Assembly: GCF_006345805.1 (NCBI RefSeq)
Contig: NC_043009.1
Span: 18,724,001-18,788,000, forward strand
From: Octopus sinensis
Taxonomy: Eukaryota
Length of the DNA: 64,000 nt
Direction of reading: 5' to 3'
A program made the position numbers and the translations under genes. This document shows positions 38,227 through 48,936 of this stretch, piece by piece; within the stretch, counting starts at the first letter, position 1; every line of letters starts with the position of its first letter. The notes below the pieces were generated by a model, which did no database searches, was not told the DNA's origin, and was given only the letters and a program-made list of their open reading frames with translations.

Positions 38227-39141
38227 AATGAAAAGCTATCGTATATTAGCAAAGATTCGAACCATCCACCAGTTATCCTTAGGAACTTAGTCAGCAATGT
38301 AGGTAGAAGAATATCTTCAATTTCTTCGGACGAGGCAGCATTCCATAATGCTGCACCTTATTACGATAGCGCATTAAAGAATAGTGGATTCTCTGAGAAG
38401 ATCCAGTTCAACCAGCTTAATGCTGATAATAATGCTGCACGAAGAACTAGGACCAGGAAAGTTTTGTGGTTCAACCCGGCTTTCAATTTGGCCGTAAAGA
38501 CTAATATAGGTAAGGAATTTTTGAGATTAGTCTCTAAGCATTTTAAGCAGGGTCATAAATTCTACAGAATATTTAATAGAAGAACCCTGAAGGTTAGCTA
38601 TTCTTGTTGCAGAAATTTCGCCTCTTACATTAGCCAACATAATAGGAAGCTAATTGAGATTAGACATGGTGCCGAGCCCATTAAGAAATGTAATTTCAAA
38701 AACGAAAGCTCCTGTCCGTTAGAAGGGAAATGTCTAGTGAAAGGAGTAGTTTATAGAGCCAAGGTGTAAGTGGAAGGCTTATCGGAATACAAGACATACA
38801 CAGGGGCTTCAGAAAATTCATTTAAAACAAGATTTTATTCTCATAAAAATTCTTTTAAATACCCAGAGAATAGGAAGAAAACCAGCCTAGCAAAATATGT
38901 CTGGGAACTAAAAGAAAAGGAAGCCCCACCTTTCAACGTGACATGGAGCATTCTGGACAGGGCGGCACCATACAGGCATGGAGTTTACAAAAATAATTTC
39001 AAGTGCAGACTTTGTCTATTAGAAAAAATGTACATCTTATTCAAAGACAATAATTCTTTGAATCAAAGAAGTGAGTTAATGAACTTATGTAGGCACGCGG
39101 CTAAATTTAAAATGTCGAATATAAATATACCATATGGATAG
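38227..39141 (+). pseudogene. PLE RT C-terminus + GIY-YIG endonuclease, one in-frame TAA at 38767-38769
   Basis: SNHPPVI, WFNPAF, KVSYSC, CPLEGKC, GVVYRAKV*, YTGASENSFKTRFYSH, AKYVWELK, CRLCLLEK, LNQRSEL..CRH. Confidence 0.9.
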
Positions 39142-40204
39142 AGTATATATTTTGTATTTTTGATTTTTGATTTTGATTTTGACTCTTGAGCGCTACGATG
39201 GATTTTGATTTTGTTTTTGGTTCCAAGCTATGCGGATCTTAATCCGTATAGCAAAGCCTTATGTTTCTACATATATATTAGGAAAAACCTACAAACTTTG
39301 TTTTCATGTTATTGTATTGCATAGGATTACCTTGATTATTTATAAATGACCCAAAATAGGATGTTATATTTTATTTTATATGTCTTTCGTATATATTTTT
39401 ATTAATGCACCCATTTTTAAAAGCAATGTTTTTTAAAAAAAGCAATGTTGTCAAAATTAGAATGTTTATATAAGTATGTGTATAGCAAAGCATATGTATT
39501 TGTAAGCATGCGTATCTGTGTATGTGTAAGTGAAAGTATGTTTGTGCTTAAGCACACATATACACGACGGTATGTATATGTATCCATTCAAACTTGTGTA
39601 TGTATACTGATCTCTATAGATGCCAATAACACCGTTACACTGCTTGTATACATAATTTTTTAATTTTTTAATTTTTTAATTTTTTCTTATTTCGTTTTCT
39701 TCCCCACCCCTCCTTCGTTCCTTTTTCTCTCTCTCCCTTTCTTTCGTTCCCCCTCCTTGCTCAGTATATGAGAATTGCTACATAGATGAATTTTAGCTTG
39801 CGTGCGAGACGGTTTGCGTGAATATATGTACACATGCTTTTATGTGTATATTTAGATTTATATTCATACGTCTGTATATGTATGTATGGCGTTTACGCGC
39901 ATCCTTTTGTGTATGTTGATATATATATGTAGATTTTAATATAAATATGTATTGCAGTATTTATAACAGGTTTAATTTCTATGCATTAATTTGCACTGTC
40001 TTCATTAACGTCAATAGGTTTTTTCCTCGGATTTTATAATTTTTATAAGTTTTTTATATATATATACATATATTTTTGACCTTTTTGTTTATCGCTCGAA
40101 GATTGACCGTTTTTTCTAAAGGGCCAATCAAACAAGTCCATTTCTTTTTAAAGGTGTAGCGTTTGTAAGAGTATAGATTGAATTGATATATCAGTTCCAT
40201 TCTA

Positions 40205-40256
40205 GCAAAAACTGTCTGATGAACGGTAACGAGAAACTCAGAGTAACAGATTTTGT
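40205..40256 (+). ncRNA. Minimal hammerhead motif in the 3' pLTR
   Basis: CTGATGA 40216-40222, GAAA 40233-40236, GTA triplet 40243-40245; stem I CTGT/ACAG extended by AAAA/TTTT. Confidence 0.7.
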
Positions 40257-40353
40257 TGAATTTTCTGCTGCTTAAAATAAAGCATATTACTCTACCACTG
40301 GTATTTGAGTACTCTTTTTTCCACCTTGTTTCACATTTATGTGTTTACTCCGG

Positions 40354-40404
<51 letters not shown>

Positions 40405-40914
40405 CATACATACTTATATATATATTTACATACATACGTACACACATAAGCACACATATATGTACAACATAGACATACACATAGTACACACACAGACACA
40501 CACACCTCACACGTGAGCACACTCATCTCTCTCTCTCTCTCTTTCCATCTCTCTGTCGCTCTCACTCTCTCTCACAGGTAAACTCGCTTGTGTAATACCC
40601 TAATACCCATACTACCGTTTAGTTTTATGACATGTGATGATGTTCCCGATGGAATCAAACTATTATTTTCAGAAAATCTTTAATCATCATAATTGATTTC
40701 GTCTTGTGTCTCTATTCGAATATATTGTTTTATATACCAGTTTTTATATACAAAATAGGCAAAGTTGTTGGAGCGTTGAATAAAACGTTTTACATTTTCT
40801 TGCATTAGCTCTCTGCGCTCTGAATTCAAAATCATCTAGTTCAGCTTCGTCTTCATCTTTTTGGGGGTCAATAAATAAAGTACCAGTTGATTCTTTTTTC
40901 TTCTGTTTCTAAAG

Positions 40915-41032
40915 AAAATCGGTTGTGGTCAGATCTGGAGATGCTTGGGATCCCTCGGGTTAAACATGACAAAGACGCACTGTTTATCGCAACGGCGCTT
41001 CTTACAACCCCATCAGGTGTCGAAGGTTTAAT
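40915..41032 (+). CDS. Candidate isolated coding exon, product unknown
   Basis: Pyrimidine tract + AG at 40913-40914, open frame NRLWSDLEMLGIPRVKHDKDALFIATALLTTPSGVEGL, donor GTAAAG at 41033. Confidence 0.25.
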
Positions 41033-41529
41033 GTAAAGCAATATATAAAAAAAAGAATCCAAATTATATAGAACATTGTGCCTAACTCATAGAGAAAGTT
41101 TTATATATAAATTGATGTTGAAAAATATTCGACTAATAGTTAAAAACATTAATTTACTGCTTTACAATTTTATATAGAATTGCAGAGAAAACGAGAAGAA
41201 TGACTATGGAGGCAAACCTGAAAACTCAACAGAAAACTATATCACACAAAGTAAAGCATGAAATCATCCAAAACTTTACCATTGTATGAATTTTAAAATG
41301 AGTGTTGACGATTTTATCTGTGATAAGTTTTACAATGATACTTACTTGTAGTAAGCACGCACACAATTGGCTCTTATTACAATTGCCTCATTCTTATTTG
41401 AAGACAGTAAACATCTTAAAACATTACAGGACTAAGTAGATTTGGAACACTATTGTCCCAAACAAAATATAAAGGATTAATATGGAAATATGAAAACAGA
41501 TCCTAAAAAAAAAAAGCTCAAAGTCAAGT

Positions 41530-41900
41530 CCTTAATGTAACATTCCGGCCCAGCGGAACTTGTGCTTTTGGTATTCTGCGATCACTTTGTTTACCCCGCT
41601 TCGTTCTCGAATCACCTCGGTTTGGATATGATATTCCAAGCATGGATATTTCCATACCTTTTTTGTGTCGCAACCAATTGATGTTCTTCCCTCTTCATAG
41701 TAACCCACGTCTCATTTGCGCATAAGAGCATTCGAACAGTCTAGCAAGTATGGACTTGTTCAGGTTATTTTGAGCACATCTTTTATCAAGGCAAACGCCT
41801 TCCCTCTTGCCCTTATTCTTCTCGACATTTCAGCGTTCTTATCCCAGGTGAAGCGTAAAGGCTAGGGAGCGAAACGCTTGTGACCCTGAGATATCTGTTG
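41530..41900 (-). mobile_element. RTE-clade fragment (third family), post-RT region
   Basis: AEMSRRIRARGKAFALIKDVL...YANETWVTMKREEHQL...IRERSGV...KFRWAG. Confidence 0.7.
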
Positions 41901-42154
41901 ACGATATGGAAGGGTTTCCAGCATTGCAATAGATTTCGAAGAGCTTGCAAAACCTCTCCAGTTTCTGCGTGGGGCAAAGCATCCCTGTTTTCTACAAGAA
42001 CATGTTGAATCGAACACTTCTAATGTAGAAACAAATAGCGCAAAACGTGTATTGTATTATGAAGATTTGTGTAGAACCGAATGAAGCTTGAAATATAAAA
42101 ATTACTTATTTTTAATGAAAACAATTGTATAGATGCATTTGAGAGAGTGGGTGG

Positions 42155-42207
<53 letters not shown>

Positions 42208-43228
42208 AAAGACAAACAGACAGACAGAAAAGTAAGACGTTAAAAAACGTAATTTCGCAGAGTAAGATTTTATCTTGCGGTGAATTTAAATTGTATCGTG
42301 TAGCTGAAATATTATTAAAACTGCAATTTTTAAGAATTTTCTTGAGAGTGTAGACATTGATTGCTCAGTTGATAGACATCTTTCTTTATTAGAGATAAAT
42401 AAGTATGTATGTGCATATATGTGTATGTGTATGTGTGTGTGGTGTGTGTGTGTGCGCACACTTGTGTGTGTAAGTTCGATATGTGTGAGAAGATGAATAT
42501 AAATATGTCTCATTCTCCAAATTTGAAACCGCAAAACAAAGAAGAAAATAATGAAAAAGAGGGAGAGGGATGGAGGGAGAAGTGGAGAAAATGTAAAAGT
42601 GAGACTGCAAAGAAAAGGAGATAAAGAAGAAAAAGAAGGAGAAGCAGATATATTGGTGGTAGAAAGTGAGATGAAGAGAAGTAATGAAAAATAAGCGTGG
42701 AAGAGGTTGATGGCCAAAGATAAAGATAGGTAAAGAATGAGGGAGAGAATAAAGAGACCGAGTGGGAGAAAGAGGTATAAAATGTCTCTCCTCAAATTTA
42801 CAAAAAGAATACTTTGGTGGTGGTGGTGGGGGGGGGCGCCGGGGACGGCGACGGCGATGAAGGCAGCAAGTGTTGCTGGATAGAATCAGCAGTGGCTCTA
42901 ATTTCTGTCGAGCACATTCCACAGAAAGCTCTGTGAAAGTCAAAGTTCTAAGGGCGTTCTAATTGTAGTTGCTTGCGTCACTTCTGGTTGACAGTCACTG
43001 AGTGGTGAGTGCGAAGACAAAGCTGCAGAAAGTCAGGGTAGAAAACGGGTGGGTTGGTAGAAAGAGAGAGAGAGAAATAAACATACACTTATGTACAAGA
43101 CACAAACACATATTCACTCACACACATATGTATACATATATATATATATAATATAATACATATATGTGTATGTGAATAGATACACGTATATGTATGATGT
43201 ATGTATACAGCGAAATATATATATTCTT

Positions 43229-43267
<39 letters not shown>

Positions 43268-43322
43268 TAAATATATATACCAGAGTAATATATATACGTA
43301 TGTATGTGTGAGTGTGTGTGTG

Positions 43323-43367
<45 letters not shown>

Positions 43368-43666
43368 GCCGCTCCTCAAACTTCCTCACGTGTGAGCTCC
43401 TTCAGACTTTCAGACCGGCAAATTGTATGCCTGTGTGCATGTATGTGCGTGCGCGCGCGTTAGAGAGTGTGTATATGTGTGTGCGTGTGTGTGTGTGCCT
43501 GTGTGTTAAGAGACTGATGGAAAGAAAAAGTGAGAGAGAGTGAGTTTGAACATAAACAGGCGCAAGAGAAAGATAAGAAGTTTACCATTTCTTTATCCCC
43601 TTCTCTCTTTATATTTGTAGAGAAAAACAGGATTGAACAAGAGAGATAGAGTGGTAGTAAACTTAC

Positions 43667-43751
43667 CTCCTAGCTGACTGTCTTTTGCGCCTGCTGTTGT
43701 TGCCATTAGCAACAAGGATAAAGCAACACATACAGTATATAGTTTGGTCAT
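43667..43751 (-). CDS. Candidate first coding exon of a secreted host protein (signal peptide)
   Basis: MTKLYTVCVALSLLLMATTAGA-KDSQLG then perfect donor AG-G|GTAAGT (43661-43666); alternative in-frame ATGs at 43778 and 43784. Confidence 0.5.
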
Positions 43752-44828
43752 AAAGTATAGTTTTAGCCGTGTTGACATCTTCATACTTAAACACCGTCTC
43801 AAAGTGAACACAACCGCTAGAATAGCTTCACTAAAGGACTCTGGTGCTGGTGGAGCATACGGAAGTGTCACTTGATGTGGTGATGGTGTTGTCGTGGATG
43901 AAGCTGCTGTGACAGGGAAGTTGGTGGTAGTGGGTATGTGTATGTGTGTGTGGTGGTGGAGGAGGGTTAAACTGTAATGATAGTTGTAATGGTAGACACG
44001 ATGGTGGTGTATGTGTGCACAGTTTTGGGGGCGAGTTTGTAAAATTGACAGTGTGAGCTAATGGCGTATTGATGGATAAGAGCTGTTGCGGTAATTAACA
44101 GTGGTGTGTGGTAATGTATGGGTGAGATTATAAAGGTGACAGGGGTGGCAGTGACGGTGGTGGTGAAGGTGTAGGGAAAGCGGTTGTAGTAATGTATAAG
44201 AAGGAAAAAGAGAGGATGGAGCAAAGTGGTTATGGTACATGCTTTGATAATGAAAGTAGTTTTTAGTATTGCATGTATTCGAGATGTGTGTGTACATATT
44301 ATATGAAAGTAGATATGTTGCAATTAAATGTTCATTTCTCTCTCCTTCTCTCTCTCTCTCTCTCCCGTCCTCTTCACCCTTCCACCAATATCAGATAACA
44401 CGTGTGTGTATGTGTGTGTGTGCGTGCATGTGCATATGTGTGTTTGTATGTGTGCGCGCTTTTGGGTGATCACCCATTATTGGATATTCAAATGATAAAA
44501 GATCAAGCGCTATTATACGGATATTACGTATGTTGAGATTATTTAACGCAACAGCTTAAGAAGCCGACTTAGAAGTTGCATTCACTACATATGCAATGGA
44601 GTGACTACAATCATTTTAATAATTTAATAATTTTGAGAGACAACTTTGGACATGTTTCTGTTTTATTAGACTTCTTCAGTGAGAAAATGCTCACTTGTAT
44701 ACAATATTTGTTCATCTTATTTCTGATTCACTTATCCTTACTACGGCGATACGATAAAGTATTTACTTCGATGAAATATTGGCAATACTATCTTTTAATG
44801 GCCGGCCAAGAAAGAACTGGAAGCGCAT

Positions 44829-45170
<342 letters not shown>

Positions 45171-45398
45171 ATATATGTATATTACTTTTTATTTGTATGT
45201 ATATATATGTTACTTGTCACATATGTTTTATATATATATATATATTACATTGCGAGGATAAACTGGTGCTTGACTGAGGATAGAGGGCTTTGAATGTCCC
45301 GTCCGTGTTTTCTTTGTATTGTCTATCTGGATGTTTTGTTCTCCTTTTTTGTATCACCTAGCTGTCCGGATGTTTTGGTCCCATTTTGTATTTCATAT

Positions 45399-45429
<31 letters not shown>

Positions 45430-45539
45430 GAAATTGACAATTCATATTTCTTCACTGAAATACAGCAGTATAAAACTGTTTTTTGATTACTTGGGACGTT
45501 ATCGTTTTGTTAGGACTCTGTTTCATGGAGTAGTGATAC

Positions 45540-47882
45540 AACGGTGACACAAGCAACCATATCAGCATCAATTCCACCACCTTGGACTGGCGATACTGTT
45601 GTATACTTCTCCCTGTTGCGAGCATATTTTGTTCCAAATAAAATTTCCTTGCATTGAGTGGTAAAGTTAAAGATTTTCTCAGAGCCCCAGCCGATACTGT
45701 CGCTGACTATGATTTTAAAGTTGAGATTTTAAAGGCTGAGCTTTTAAAGAGAACATCTAATTCCCAGCAGAAATGCATTGATCAACTACTACACTATGGA
45801 GCAATGGATGGCAGAAAGCCTCCACGGTTATTAGGCAGGAAAACTGCCAAGTCAAGGATTTAGTGCGGCTACAACACATGGGAGTAACTTGATTTATGTT
45901 CTCGACAATTCTTCAAAAGCTATTTTTTTATATATATACTAGAGTTGAATTTGGCCGTATAGCATTCTAAATGTTCTCTGCAACTGACGACTGTTGCCTT
46001 ACAAGTAATTAATTTGTCGAAAGCCACAAACTGAGAAAAATCCTTGATTCTGAATTTGAACTTGCGGAGAGATTTCAAATGGAAATTTATCATAGACAAT
46101 CTTCCTTAACCGATGGCAGCGGATTTCGTTCAACATTTTGGTCTACTGACTGATGTGAAAAACCAAAAGCTAACTGATACTACAACTAATCTATTGATTC
46201 GCGGTATTGTCGTAGCCCTGTTTTCTTCGTTTTGTCTTTCGTAAATACCCAGATATCCAGGCTTTTTTTTATATATAATATATAATAAAAACCATTACAT
46301 TCAGTAACACACCTTATTAACATAAATGGTCTTCAGTTTCAGCGTGACCTTGTCGACTTGCTTAAATCAAAATGAAAATCGTTAAAGACAAATTCAGTCA
46401 CATGTTTCCACTTTGCATAATTTTCCCGACAAGCAGTAATTGGTCTTCTCCATTACGTATGGTATCCAAGAAGACTCCTGACAATTGGCACCTCCAAAAC
46501 AGAACCGGACAAATATCTTGTTCCAGAAACCTATGATTTTGCACCCTTGTTGCATGATGTCACGTGTATCTTGGAAAACATTCCAAGATACGCTTAATTA
46601 GTGCTTATGTCCAAATTCTTGGCGAACCTGCTACTGTTCATAAGACAGCTATTACAAAACCTTTTGGACTATTTGAAGTTTTGAGAATAGCCATTGGTCT
46701 CCAAAATTCAGTGAATTCTTTCCATCGATCCCTAAGAATTATACTTTTAATGGCCAGGTCTTCTGCATCTGAGCATGAAAATCATCTTGTTGCTGTACTA
46801 CCTCAATATGGTGTCGTAATTGCGCATACTTACGTATCTTTTCGGTGATGAATTTCTAACATTCTTAGGAGAGGTTGTTGATAAAAACGGAATCCTACCA
46901 ACACAAGATAAAAGTGGAAACTATTTTACCATTTCCGCCTCCTACATATTTACGGAAATTGCGAGAATTACTCGGTCTGATTAATTTCTATGTTTCATTC
47001 TGCATTGAATCTAAAAGGAGAAAAACGTGAAAAACACACAAACAACAACGCGTTGCAATCGTTTATAACTATTATAGACGGGATATCTAAAGTTGCTTTG
47101 TCAACTCAACCGACACACCTTTTCTTTCTTTTTTTTTTATTTTTGGCTGGTGTTTCTGAAGTGGGAATCGGTGGAGTCTTACAACAGTTTATTCATAACT
47201 CATGGCAGTCACTTTCATCCTTCTCATTACGACTGAAACAAGCTGAAATCAAATACAGTACTTTCGATCGTAAATTATTGGCAGATTCCTTACCAATTAT
47301 TTTCATCATTTCCTTGAAGGACAACAATTTGGCCTATATACCGATCATTAACTGTTGATTATGCATTACAACACCTGACAAAGATTCTCCAAAAGAAAAT
47401 TTTTCCTTAAATTTCATATCAGTTTGATATTCAGTGTATCCAAGGAGCAAAACAACGGCCTGGTCGTTGAGTGCAGATTGATTCTTTATATCCTCACAGC
47501 ACAAGTGTTTGAGAAAAAATTGTCTCAGAAACAGCAAAGAAATTCAACATCTTTTCTAGAATTTAATTTCCTTCCTCTACTAGCTTCTACGATTTTTAAT
47601 TGGCGTAATATCTCCACTGGTCACGAAAGATCTTTTGTTCGTCTGCAACACAGAGTTTTCGCTTTCCAAAAATTCATTTCAGCTCGATTAATTTGACCAG
47701 AAATAAAGCAAAATATTTGAGAATCAGTTAAAAAATACATTGCTTATCGGAGCATCCCTCGGAGCTTTTCCGCCTTCGGTTGTTTATCTGTGAATGTGTA
47801 TTGATCGTTTCTCTCCGATGGCTTGAAGACAAACTTATTCGAGACATTTCAGCTACAATGGTAGCAAAAGCTTTGGCTTTTC
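45540..47882 (+). mobile_element. Old Ty3/Gypsy relic (CsRn1/Kabuki-like by motif resemblance): gag-PR-RT-RH-start of IN
   Basis: KAELLKRTSNSQQK..QLL...DGRKP; LRRDFKWKFI; WSSPL.MV.KK; TKPFGLFE; SEVGIGGVLQQ; KYSTFDR.LLA; IDRFSRWLE; no LTRs recognised. Confidence 0.8.
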
Positions 47883-47887
47883 CCTGC

Positions 47888-48163
47888 TGTGGATGACGTC
47901 AGCAGCTGGGGAGCTGACCAGAACTTGGGGTTGACCGGAAGGGGCAGCCGAGACGCGCGCGCAGCGAGCGGACATTTCTGCTTTTCGAGCCAGGGTCGAC
48001 GAGGTGTTAAGACGGGTGATCACGTTGCTAAGGTTGGGTGAAGCAGCTGCTATCTCTAGCGTTCGGGTCGGGCTGTGTTGAAAGATCCATTACCGTTGAA
48101 GGGTCTCCATCAGAGCGAAGAGAAGGTAGGTGCCTTTATTTCGAATCTCTTGCACACACCTCA
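47888..48163 (+). repeat. 5' LTR (276 bp)
   Basis: TGTGG...CCTCA; 15 substitutions + 1 indel versus the 3' LTR (by eye). Confidence 0.95.
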
Positions 48164-48173
48164 AGCTATTTCG

Positions 48174-48936
48174 ATGGCAGCGAAAATCAGGAATCGCCAG
48201 CGACATCATCAGACCCTTTAATGGTGAAGGCCATGTAGTGGCCTGGATGTGTAAAATCAGGCTGGTGGCGAGACTGCAAGGTATAAGCGATGTGGCAAGT
48301 CTTATGGCGCTGTATTTAGAAGGGAGCGCGTGAACGCTATATCTTGAGATGGAGGAGGAACGCCTGAGCGAGGAAAAGATAGAGCAACGTCTGAGGGATG
48401 CCTACATAGAATGTGAATACACAGCTTTTGCTAAGCTGGGTACGATCAGATGGACAGGAGGACAGGTGGACGAGTACGCGGCAGAAGTTAGAAGGTTAGC
48501 GACGCTGGCTGGGTTTACAGGAGAAGGGCTGGAGAGAGCAGCGCGACTGGCGTTTGTAAATGGGTTCCTCGACGATGTAGGGATTCATCTACAACGATTG
48601 CCCGGGATTAAAAAGATGGCGCTGAGCGAACTTGTGACTCAAGCCCGCGTGTTGACGCGACACTCTGGGCGGAAGGCGATAGCGATGGCGGTAACGAAGG
48701 TGCGTAAAGACGGACGACGACCGGAGAAAGACGTACAGAAGCCTACCATGCAGCGACAGCGGCTGTTCTCAGGTCGGTGTTTTAGATGTCAGGGGTCGCA
48801 CATGGCGCGGGACTGTACGCAACCGGGGCCCGTTTGCTATCGATGCAGGCAGACAGGGCACATCGCCCGTGATTGCGACCAGGGAAACGACCGCGGGGAA
48901 GTTGCTGCCTCTCGAACTTTCCCCGCAAACGAGTAG
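48174..48936 (+). pseudogene. gag: gag, disrupted, two zinc knuckles
   Basis: DIIRPFNGEG.VVAW; TGA at 48331-48333; CFRCQGSHMARDC and CYRCRQTGHIARDC. Confidence 0.85.

Larger units (their letters stand above)
37559..40352 (+). mobile_element. Penelope-like element, 5'-truncated, with inverted pseudo-LTRs
   Basis: Inverted repeats 37559-38124 and 39716-40282, near identical; RT thumb + GIY-YIG ORF between them; a hammerhead motif in each arm; flanked by (TA)n. Confidence 0.92.

Noticed and set aside
38767-38769. In-frame stop in the PLE ORF as selenocysteine or programmed readthrough
   Set aside because: The codon is TAA, not TGA; a simple GAA/CAA>TAA nonsense change is more likely
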